Source of the DNA: Octopus vulgaris
Taxonomy: Eukaryota
NCBI GenBank assembly: GCA_951406725.2
Contig: OX597823.1
Coordinates: 101,494,001-101,558,000, forward strand
Direction: 5' to 3'
Length of the DNA: 64,000 nt
Below the pieces are notes generated by a model. It ran no database searches, had not been told where the DNA came from, and worked only from the letters and a program-made list of their open reading frames with translations. The translations under genes and the position numbers were made by a program. Below are positions 52,458 through 64,000 of this stretch, one piece after another (within the stretch, counting starts at the first letter, position 1; every line of letters begins with the position of its first letter).

Positions 52458-53987
52458 GCTTCGAAAGAAATAAAGATATCTATATTTCAAATTCCCTTTC
52501 AAGACTAACAATTGCCCTAGCCCGGACAAATTCCTGTGATCTTTTCTGCATGATAATCAACTTTATGCTTAAATACATTACTAGTTTCAGAAGTACTTGG
52601 AAGCGAAAGGCTGACTGTCAGCAACAATTTTCGCGTACAATCCGATAAGACTAAAAATGGAAAATGTAGGAAACCGACCAGCAATTCTACCATAATTGCT
52701 ATCCTCAACACATAAGTGAAACAAAGTTTTAGCTTTAAGTTATTTGCATCTAGAAGCAAAAGGAATAGCAAATGAGTTAGACGTAGGGTAGAATGTTTAG
52801 CGTTTCAAAACCTACAATTCACAGTCAAAGACTTTAAGGACTATTTTGAAACTAACCCATCCAATAAACTTATTAACCCTATCAAAACATATTTTGCAAT
52901 TGCTAGTAAACATATTCTGGACAATCTCATTCATAATGATAGGCTTCCAGTGTGCCTTTTTTAGTATACTCAGTCTGTTTAGTTGATTTAAATCCATCTA
53001 AACCAAGGAAGAACAGCTTCCTATTTGACTAAAAAATACTTACGAATATCTCCACATGTATAACATTTGGCCTTACAAATAGAACTCCATATATGAATGT
53101 AATTAATTATCTAAGAATTTTAATCGTTAAAATGTCATAAAAGTGAATCAATAGCCGATAGCTTCGGGAATGTTCCATTTATATCAAATCGTGTACAAAG
53201 TTCTCGGCCCTTGAAGTTTTTCGTAACAAATACATACAAACACGTATATATAAATACGCACACACACACATACACATGCTTCATGTCTACCACGAATACA
53301 CATACGCACGAACAGACACATACACACATATGATCTTGGCCTATAATTATTATTATTTTATCGAAAATGTTCAGATAAATACAAAGTACTCCTTAGTCTT
53401 ATTTGAACTCAGATCTGAGGCTGACCAAAGTAAATACTCTCAGAAGCTGAAAACAAGAAAACAATTCATTAAAAAACGTCTGTAGTAGTATCCATTTCCA
53501 CTAACATTATATAATATAAAATACTGCTAAATTTAATAGCTATTTTGAGATATCCATGGTGGCCAGCCGAACTTCAATGATTCATGGACGGACAGAGCTA
53601 TCTGATCACGATAACTATTCATCTAATAAACGTTTACAAAAACAACGTTAATAATAAAAAAAATTCTAATAAGGTTCATAAAACAAAAAATAACTAAAAA
53701 TAAGTAAAAGAAATATGGCTTTAAAATAAGCGGAAACGTTTTCACTTATTTTTTTTTTACTTTTTCATTTCATCTATCCAGGATGTCGTCATTGAGGCTA
53801 ATTACAAGCGAAATACTAAATGAATGAAAATGATTATAATGATAACGACAGCCACAACAACAACGACAGCCACAACAACAACGATAGCCACAACAACAAC
53901 AACAACCACTGTCCATTGCTCAGTTCCTTTCACTTATCCACCTCATATTCTTGAGATTAATAAAGTAGGCAGCTTTTATATACGACA

Positions 53988-54390
53988 CTAGCAGCTAAGC
54001 CCGGTTTCACCCGGCCTGTTTGGATGATGTGGCTATGATTGTTTTTGGTTAGGCATAATCTAAATGCATTTCTCAACCTTATCATTTTGGGTCCCCTGTT
54101 TTGATTGGAGCCTCCAGCTGTATGAATATTTCCTTGCCCCACCCCGTCAGAAAACAGCTTCTAAGCAACTGGTTGTTTTAATGGCTGCAGAAAGAGGGGA
54201 ATTCCATTAAAAAAAAGTTTTATTCGATTTTCTCGGTAAGTATGGGGGCTAGGAAAAAAATTGCATTCCAATCTATACACCCGTCTCCACATGTGTGCCA
54301 TTTTTCACGCGATTCCACCCAACCGTTTGGCTGTGAACCTCAAGACAAGAAAGAATACAACGATCGCCCATCTCCAATTTATATAACAGA
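53988..54390 (-). mobile_element. Short non-autonomous Helitron (separate family)
   Basis: Minus strand A|TCTGTTATATAAA start; GC-rich subterminal hairpin region CCGGGTGAAACCGGGC then CTAG|T. Confidence 0.75.
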
Positions 54391-54738
54391 TTACCAACTC
54401 GCTAATAATAAATAATAGGTTAAAAGTTTAGCACCAGGCCATCAGTTTTTGAGAGGAGAGGGAATTTGACTACATCGACCCCATACTTGATTTGTACTTA
54501 TTTTATCGGTCCCGTAAGGTCGTAAAGAGCCGAAAGAAGCGCCGCTAATTATTTTGTCTGCCTCCTTAACGATACTATCAGCGCGCCAAGAATAATAATT
54601 TCTTTGAATTTGTCACAAAGCATCGAATAAGAAGGACATTACAAAAACAGTTTACAATTTGTTAGTGGTTTCATATTAAAAGGTGAAGAGGAAGAAAAGG
54701 AAAGGAGGTAGGAATGAGATTAAAAAGTACACATAGTA

Positions 54739-56479
54739 TCTCTTATGATAAAAGGCAGATTTTCTCTGCCTGTTCCCATGTTCCTTTTTAATACAATTCT
54801 ACAATATAGAATTTCTTCAATTGGAATTTACCTACGATTTTTACAAGTAGATTCGATTGGGTCATGGCATGTAAATTTCTTTCAATTTAACCCCCAATTA
54901 AGCAAAAATTCGAGAAAACTCGATATTTTACGATTTCCCTCTCTCACTTCAAAGGCTTTACTCCGCCTATTACCACACTTACTCCCACTTTCTCTTTACA
55001 CACATAGACACGCAAGCATATACATATATGACAGTGTCAATTGTTGAAAGAAAATTGTAAGCTAAGGGGTGTGTGTGTGTATGTGTGTGTGTGTGTGTGA
55101 GTGTGTGTGTGGTGAGTGTGTGTGTCTGTGTGTGTGTGTAACAGGGATGAGCCATTAATACTGGTAATCTTTTTTGCTAGAGGAAGATCCGCTATGGTCT
55201 TATATTCTACACCACTGGTTTTCAATTCATATTAATCAAATTAATATTAAATTTTTCACCCTTATTATGTGTGTGCATGTGTGTGTATTAGCAATTCGTA
55301 TAAAATTGCATCAATGACTTGAACTTGAATAAGTGGTTTCACATAAATGGGGATAAATTAAAAAGGTTTGTTGTTATTATTATTACTGTTTGACTATTGT
55401 AATCACGTTTGGGAAATGTTGTTGTGTTGCATTTGTTAAATTTGTTAAATAATTGTAAACCGTAACCCTCCCCCTTTCGGAGAAGGGGCTTTGGTTATTG
55501 TTTAAAAATTGAATTGTGTCCCTGTTTGGGGAAATTGACAATATTTTCACCGTCTTTACGGAAGCATTTTTGTTAAAATGCCTTCGATAGAAGAAAGTCC
55601 AAAAATGAATTTCGCTGCAGCCGTACACTTCTATACAAGAGGGAGGACAAGATCCAATTGATCGAAATTGCAAGAGACGGGCCTACAATTCCAGTCTGTT
55701 ATATATTTTGAGTATTGTTATCACTAGCGATATCAAGATATAACTTTGTATTTTGTATTTTATGTGTAGATGTATATATATAGATGTACATGTAATATGT
55801 ACACACATATATACACATATATACATGCATAATATATATCTACCCATACACACATACGCACAAACACACACATACATAGGGGCAGGTGTGGCTGTGTGGT
55901 AACAAACTACGTTCCAAACACATGGTCCTGGGTTCAGTCCCACTGTGTGGTGACTTTGCATGTGTCTTCTGCTGTAGCTTCAGACCAACAAAAGCCTTCT
56001 CAGTGGATGGATTTTGTACATATATACAGGCATACATACATATATATACATGCATGTTCTATATTTTATAAATTACCCATATTTACTTACCCATGCTTCA
56101 TCCCCTCTTGCCTACATAGGGCATCCATTCTCTTTTAACACAGCATGAAGTTTTGTAACAGCACATCCGCTGCCGTTCGTGGAAAACGAAGAGACCCTAT
56201 TCACTTGCGAACGTTTTACACCGCCTTCCACGACTATCAAATTCTTACAATTATGAGAACAATAACATGGCTCTTTTCAAAGCAACCTCGCATTCAGTTC
56301 TTATACCATTGTACGAGGGGGAAGAAACCCCTTTACACGGCTTTCTATACACTTACAAATACATTAATTCGCCGTAAACTTATATCAATATTTGCCTGAA
56401 TAATCATCATAATTCAGTGCAATTATTAACAGTACTTTCAAGCAATTCAGCCCCGAGCATCGCCGGGCAATTCTGCTAG
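54739..56479 (+). mobile_element. Non-autonomous chimeric Helitron
   Basis: A|TCTCTTATGATAAAA start; CCCG-AGCATCGC-CGGG hairpin then CTAG|T; contains a block of about 900 bp shared with 26560-27470. Confidence 0.78.
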
Positions 56480-58324
56480 TATAAGAATAAAGCACACTGG
56501 TAGTACAGTCCGTTTAATACAGGAGGGTCTTCACTAGCGAGAGGAACACCGCTTATTTCGCCTTAACTACCCTCCATTGCCATCACTGCCGTAATTTTTA
56601 ATACTTCCAGGCAAGGCTTTTACTTAAGCAATTAGTGACACCTCAGTGTTTGTCTGTAAGTGCCATATTGTCTTATTGCTTTGGAGGATGTAGTTGTATA
56701 TGGATTACAGCTAATTCATTGTTAACCGATTTAATTTAGTGAACATCATTTCTAGATTTCTTCGAGTATATTATTGACGAGATTCACTTCACGATCTTGG
56801 TTTCGAATTCAATCCCAGAGCGCAACACTGAGTAAGTGTTTACTTCAGTAGCCGAGGGCCAACCAATGTTTTGGGAGTTACCTTTTCCTCGCTGGATCTA
56901 TCATGTTTAATTGACTCGCTTGTGTTCATTATATTGTACATTATATTATTCCAGTCACACCCTATTATACCAGCTTAACTAACGTTTTTATATACGGATG
57001 GTGTCTCTGAGTAATTGACTTGAATGATTCTTTTTGATAAATATGCTTATTTCCTGTGTTATACATTTTGTTCGCTGCAGTTTTATTTTATATTGTTTTT
57101 GCATTGACAGATAACTGCGTTGAATAAATAAATATGCTGCGTATATTATTTGCCGCATTAAGAAGACCAGCTGTTGCATATGTACTATGGAAGCTGTATT
57201 GGTATTTCTTTTCTTCTTTTCTTGCCTATTATCTTCGAATCAATTTTTAAAACAGAAATGCTTGGGAATCTGCGATTATTGTTTGTAAAATTATATGACA
57301 AAATATGAAAGAATGTGAAAAATCTTTCAAGTTGAATGTGTGAATAGAATAGAAACTATTGCGTGCTCATGGAGGCTATTTATAGTTTTGTGTAAAGCTG
57401 CGAATTCGGACAGAGTACTTCGGTTCGTGTCCCTTTTCATTGTTGTCCTGCCAAGTGCATCCGTTATTATGGCGCATTCAAAAGTATTCAAACTATAAGC
57501 ATTCAAGCAATAAATATTCTTTTTATTTTTTTTTATTTGTCAGGAATATTGTGAATATGAGTGAATATTGCCCAATGTTCGCTCAGGATAAAAGACGGTG
57601 CCAATAACCCTTTACAGCGATTCCGAGATTTTTGAGACGGGGTGGGAGGAGAAAGAAAGTTATCCTGAAACTAATGACTTGGCCTGAATGCTTGCAACAG
57701 AGTGGACTCCACAAAAGGCATCCGAATCCTTTTATAAGATGGTTGGATGTGGACTGAGTGAAATTTTGCTGCTATTTCTAGCCGGTAGATCAACTCCATA
57801 AAGGTGTAAATTGTTTTACTATATTTGATATTATGGTTCTAGTATTGTCAGTAATATTGGTGAGTAATGGCATTTTGTATGTTTTGATTCACAATTGTTA
57901 GCTATCTGAGTGCAGGTATGGCTATGTGGTTAAAACGCTCGCTTTGCAACGACGTGGTTTTGGGTTCAGTCCTACTGCTCGGTGTCTTTGGCAAGTTTCG
58001 GACCTACCAATGTTTATATGAGTGAATTTGGTAAGGACGGAACCTGCATGGAAGCTTACTGTATATATATATATATATTCTTAGGGGAATAACAATGAAC
58101 GGTGGAGGTTCGATGTATGAGTTTGCGAGTCGCACTGTTAGGAGAAGAATTCAGGCTTTGAATGTTGTTGAACATAAGGTGCAGGAGTAGGTGAGGCGAT
58201 TTTGTGCAGTATTACAGGTTGGATAACGCAGAAGTTGACAAGCAACACCGGAGGAGGTGAGTAGAGCATTTCGAGGTAGTACTGGCCGACCAGCCGACCG
58301 GCTAGATTGTGATATACATTATAT

Positions 58325-58555
58325 ATTTCTTTACTACCCACAAGGGGCTAAACACAGAGGGGATAAACAAGAACAGACAAACGGATTAAGTAGATTGTAT
58401 CGACCCCAGTGCGTAACTGGTACTTATTTAATCGACCCCGAAAGGATGAAAGGCAAAGTCGACCTCGTCGGAATTTGAACTCAGAACGTAACGGCAGACG
58501 ATATACGGCTACGCATTTCGCCCGGCGTGCTAACGTTTCTGCCACCTCGCTGCCT
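58325..58555 (-). mobile_element. Full-length tRNA-derived SINE (central domain resembling Meta-type SINEs)
   Basis: A box TGGCAGAAACG, B box GAGTTCAAATTCC, central GCCTTTCATCCTTTCGGGGTCGAT..AAGTACCAG, tail CCCCTTGTGGGTAGTAAAGAAA. Degenerate relatives at about 54415-54590 and 62270-62430. Confidence 0.85.
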
Positions 58556-58639
58556 TCTTATATAAACAGCCGAAACCTCGATGAGGTTTGGTGTGCTGCA
58601 GCTGATGATCCTCCAGCTGATACGCATTTGGTATGTTAT

Positions 58640-59068
58640 TTAGGTAGAAGGAGAATATAAGTCACTGCTGTAGACGTAATAGGAGAAATATAGATTACTA
58701 GATCACCACTATGGTAGTGAGGAGGTTATAGGAGTACAGATAATTGCGATAGATGTCAGGTAATAAGAGTACAGATCACAAATGTTGTTAGGTAGAAGAC
58801 TGAGTATAAGACATCATTGTAGTTAGGGGGAAGAAGGAGTGTAGATCACCACAATAGTTCTGAGGTAATAGAGAGAGTTCAGATAACAAATATAGCGAGG
58901 TGATGAAATGAGGAACAGAGATAGCAAATGTAATTAGGTAATAAGAGATGTACAAATCACAGTTACAGAAAGATGTGTCCAGATTGCAACTTTTGTTAAG
59001 TAACAGAAGAGAGACTACACATCAGAATTGTAGCTATGTGACAGAAGGGAGAATACAAGTCACTGCTC
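58640..59068. repeat. Highly degenerate minisatellite, period about 33-38 bp
   Basis: Recurrent AGGTAA/TAGA..AGAGTAYAGATCAC..ATGT motif, about 11-12 units. Confidence 0.6.
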
Positions 59069-59084
59069 TGCGAGAAAGAGAGAG

Positions 59085-59145
<61 letters not shown>

Positions 59146-60133
59146 TGTGTGTGTGTGTGTGTGTTATAGCATGGTTACTCGACCTGCAAAAACTAGCAAT
59201 CGAATTTCCCAGAAATCACATCAAAAGCCACATTAGATAATGAAGTCCTCTAAAGCTCGTAATAAAGATGTTGGCTACAGCAGAAATCCCTTACACAATA
59301 GTTCTCCTGAGCGAATGTTGGAACCACTACGTAGTCACTTAACCTGATAGAAATGGCAGGTAAATCTCATTCCAATCACACCCTGTTAACCATCTTTAAA
59401 TATAAAAGACAAATTGGATTATGTAGACCACGATAAGATTATGTCTTGAAAAATAACGACGGAAAGGACACAGTCGGGATTCATTTGATGATACGTTTCC
59501 GGGATCAGGGCTGACTTCGAGCGAAACAACAACGACAGCTAACGACGCTGCTATTCATAACATTTGTCTTTGAATCTACGGCGGCATTTCTGCTGCTCTT
59601 GCGACTCCTCTTTCATTTGCAGTGGCTACTGCTATTACAGTTGCACGACAGTTGAGTTACAGTTGACACTGCCGCAGCAGTTGCTACTGCTGCTGCAGCA
59701 GCCAGTCGTTGCTATCTCTGTTTTCAGTAAGTGTTACTGTCTTCACTCTTAACACATACTACTACTACTACTACTACCACCACCACCACCACCACCACCA
59801 CACTACTAACACCACCACCACCACCACCACGAACACCACCACCACCACCACCACCACCACCACTACAACTACTACTACTACTAGTGGTGGTGGTGCTGCT
59901 GCTGCTGTAATTGTTGTTGCTGCTACTGTTGCAGTTACAAAGCCTCAATTATGATTTCATATATGAAGGTGTCATTCCACATCTCAAAGAATTTTAACCA
60001 ATGAAAAGATATTCTAACATTCCGTGTAGTAAGAAAACATAAATCACGTGCTCACTCATATACTCACATACGTGCGCGCTGCGCATAACTATTAATATAT
60101 TTAATTCTATACGTCTGAATGTGAGTGTGCGTG

Positions 60134-60510
<377 letters not shown>

Positions 60511-60599
60511 TGAGTGTGTGCAGACAAACATACTCACGCTCACACATATATAAGTACACACACATTTATATACATGCATAGACATAGATATATATTATT

Positions 60600-61001
60600 A
60601 TGAGTTGCTGTGTGGTAAGTAGCTTGCTTACCAACCACATGGATCCGGGTTCAGTCCCATTGCGTGGTACCTTGGGCAAGTGTCTTCTACTATATCTTCG
60701 GGCCGACTAAAGTCTTGTGAGTGGATTTGGTAGACGGAAAGTGAAAGAAACCTGTCGTATATATGTATATGTATATATGTGTGTATGTGTTTTTGTGTCT
60801 GTGTTTGTCCCCCTCAACATCGCTTGACAACCGATGGTGGTGTGTTAACGTCTTCGTAACTTAGCAGTTCGGCAAAAGAGACCAATAGAATAAGTACTAG
60901 GCTTACAAAGAATAAGTCCTGGGGTCGATTTGCTCGACTAAAGGCGGTGCTCCAACATGGCTGCTGTCAAAATGACTAAAACAAGTAAAAGAGTAAAAGA
61001 G
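60600..61001 (+). mobile_element. Full-length tRNA-derived CORE-like SINE
   Basis: B box GGGTTCAGTCCC, CORE-like ACCTTGGGCAAGTG, internal microsatellite, tail AACAAGTAAAAGAGTAAAAGA. Fragments at about 11115, 27298, 35760, 44900, 55878, 56795, 57910 and 61480. Confidence 0.85.
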
Positions 61002-61599
61002 TTATCATGTCACGATCATCATCATTATCAGCAGCAGCAACTACATCATCGCCATCATCATTGTCATCATCGCCCTCCTCGCTCAGGTTGTTGTTTTTCT
61101 TCCTCCTCCTCCTCCCCCTCTTCCTCCTCATCATCATCTTCATTAGTATCATTGTCTTCATCGTCGTCGTCATCATCATCATCATCATCATCATCATTGT
61201 CATGGAGGGCCATGGAGTGGGACGCGTAGATATACTTAGTTGGAGTTGTTGCAATCATAAACAATGCGGCCTCCATGCCATCTCATGCAGAAGAACCAAA
61301 TATTTTTAACCTAATGACCTCTCGACCTGCTAGAAGTAGTCCCGAAATTCTTTTCAACTTAGGCACTATTGTCATTAAAAAACCGAATAGCATTTGATCA
61401 CAAAGTCTTATCCATCCATCAGTCCATTCACAGACACACACACACACATACACACATATACACACATACATGCACAAGTGTGGTTTTGGGTTCAGTCCCA
61501 TTAAGCGGAAACCTTGGGTCTTCTACTACAGCGCCGTTGTTATGTTTTCATTATTCTGTGTAAATGTCCTTTCTTTTTTATTTCAAATTCTTCAGTTTT

Positions 61600-62170
61600 G
61601 AGGTGAAACACGCTAATAGCGTCTCTCCCCCTCTAAGAACAATGAGACGTGGAAAAGGCCTTAACGATGAAGAAAAGTCTGTTATCATCAAGGAAAGTGC
61701 TAAAGGCACCTCTCTTCATGTCATTGCGGAGAAGTTAGGTCGTCATGTGGACACGGTTAGGCGATTTCTGAAGGGTCCTTCGCCAAGGAAGAAACGATCC
61801 AATTGTGGGACCTTCAAAACTGTGATAGCTAGAGATTTAAGGAATTTTGGCTGCAAGTTACGTGGGAAACCTGGACAAGCAAGCAAAGCCATTTTCACCG
61901 CTTCCGGATTCCTCATGTACAGAAAACCACCACAAATTGCATCCTCGGGACCATGGCTTCCGTACGAGAACCCCTGAAACTGCCTCCTTTAACAGGAGTT
62001 TGAGACTTCATTGGGCCCAAAAGTACATGACGTTTGACATGAGTTGTGTTCTGTTCACTGACGAAACCAGGGCGACCCTCGGCGAACCTGATTGTTGGGC
62101 AAATAGTTGAGTCTGTTTTGGAGATGAGCGTCGCCAACGTGAAGTGAAATAACACGATAGAGATGGAATC
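61600..62170 (+). pseudogene. Tc1-family transposase fragment
   Basis: HTH region IAEKLGRHVDTVRRFL; RLHWAQKY...VLFTDETRATL(GE)PDCW containing the first catalytic D; frameshifted and 3'-truncated. Confidence 0.75.
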
Positions 62171-62679
62171 AAACGTGACCTACAATGCACTTTTATATAC
62201 CTTAGGGGCCTACCAAAAATCACTATTGATTTTTAACACTGAAACAAGATTTCAAATGACGTTGTAGGGTGAATATAATTGTACTTGACTGGCACATTAC
62301 TTTATAGATCCCGGAAGGAAAAAACAAATGGAAAGTTGATCTAAACATGATTTGAACTCAGAATGTACAGTGTATGTAACTAAATATCAATATGTGTTTT
62401 TAGCGATGTTATATAAGCCATTCTGCTAACCCAATGTTGCATGCACGACATTTACATAGCATTATGATAAAAACAAAATGTCTACTAATTATTTATCCCG
62501 GCGGCCAATCAAATCCCACACACGCTCTCCATTTTTCTCTTTCTAACTCTCTTCCATTCTTCCCCGCTTTCTCCCTTTTTTCTGTCACTTTTTTCTCTCT
62601 TACGTCAATGTCTTTTTGTCTTGTTCCTCTTTCCATGCCTTTAAAGCTATTAACAGCAGTAACAACAACATTGTGATCC

Positions 62680-62704
62680 AGGTAGCAGCAGCAGCAGCAG
62701 TAGT

Positions 62705-62754
<50 letters not shown>

Positions 62755-63171
62755 CAGCAGCAACAGCTACAGCAGCAGTATTAGCAACAGCATGAGTAGT
62801 AGCAACAATAACAGCAGCATGAGTTGTAGTAGAAGTAGTAGTAGTAGTAGTAGTAGGAGGAGGAGGAGGAGGAGGTAGCGGTTGTGGTGGCTGGCGGGGA
62901 GAAACAGCAACCAGCAGCATGTGCAGCTGCAGTAACAGCAACGTTTGCAGCAACCGTGACAAATGCAGCCGCAAAGCCAACAGTGAAAGATACCTCAGCA
63001 GCAGCAGCTACATCAGAGACAGTCAAACAACTCAGTATTGAGTAGCAATAACAGTGATTATTACAACAGTAGTAGTAGTAGTAGTAGTAGTAAGAGCAGC
63101 AGCAGTAGAGTAGTAGTAGTAGTAGTAGTAAGAGCAGCAGCAGTAGAGTAGTAGTAGTAGTAGTAGTAGAG

Positions 63172-63229
<58 letters not shown>

Positions 63230-63270
63230 ATAGTAGTAGTAGTAATAGTAGTAGTAGTAGCAGTAGTTGT
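62680..63270. repeat. Compound (GCA)n/(GTA)n/(GGA)n microsatellite region
   Basis: Directly visible. Confidence 0.9.
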
Positions 63271-64000
63271 GGTAAAATCAGGAACAATATAGTGGTGGTA
63301 ACATGTAATGGCGGCGGCTGCAGTGGCGGTAGCGTTAGGGGAGGAGTAGAATGAATGATGCTGTGGTGGGGTTGGCAGTGGTGTTGTGGAAAGTACAATG
63401 AATTACTGGATGAAAGAGGAGAATGTGGTAGTCATTATATTGACATCACTTTCAATAAAATATATAATACACAGATCAACAACACCAGACACACAAACTC
63501 ATACACATTGAAAGAAAAAAAATTGTTATATTTAAACATTCATATAACATACACGTATATATTTGATTGAAACTTTATGGAAAATGATGGAATATTTCAA
63601 ATCTATCAATTCATTATTTCATTTTACTTTTCTTTTAATGTTTTCTCCATTTATTTATTTCCATCGTTTCCTTGGGTTTCTTTTTATTTTCTTTCCCAAG
63701 CTATTTTCTTAATATTCATATCGTAATAGAGGAAGAGTGTTTTTAGACCGCAAGCTATTGAACAGAAGCGAGATAGTTGGACATGATCAAGTGATTTTGA
63801 GGCAGTTTTCGCGTTGTGTCATTTCTCATGTCAAAATCACCCGTGTTATGAAACCGAGGTAGGAAAATGTTGAGGCTATGAATACAAAGAGAATCAAACT
63901 TGAATGGTTCATAATATGGCTGAAAGAAACAATTTGTGTATGTGCAGGCGACTGTGTGAGTGTGTGTCTGTATGTGTGTGTGAAGGTGCATGTGCAGGTG

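Noticed and set aside
62900-63045. Ala/Thr-rich open frame between microsatellites
   Set aside because: Decayed (GCA)n-derived low-complexity sequence without clear splice signals.

Overview
AT-rich, microsatellite-saturated eukaryotic (metazoan) non-coding DNA. The SINE families and repeat landscape resemble an octopus/cephalopod genome (inference). No complete host gene is visible; there is one candidate coding exon at about 19588-19687. Most short ORFs in the track are microsatellite artefacts. Identifiable content is transposable elements: a near-complete Penelope-like element (PLE) with two pLTRs (12282-17068, -), several PLE fragments, two RTE-clade LINEs, a near full-length Tx1/L1-clade LINE flanked by (GA)n, two mariners, a Tc1 fragment, a RepHel Helitron remnant with several chimeric non-autonomous Helitrons, MITEs and tRNA-derived SINEs. 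The most striking feature not shown by the ORF track is a set of small fold-back (inverted-repeat) elements next to (TA)n or related microsatellites. They come from several unrelated sequence families and carry minimal type-I hammerhead ribozyme motifs. Across the hammerheads in the window the catalytic 3-8 pair co-varies (C3-G8, U3-A8, G3-C8). All ribozyme calls were made by eye, and activity is untested.
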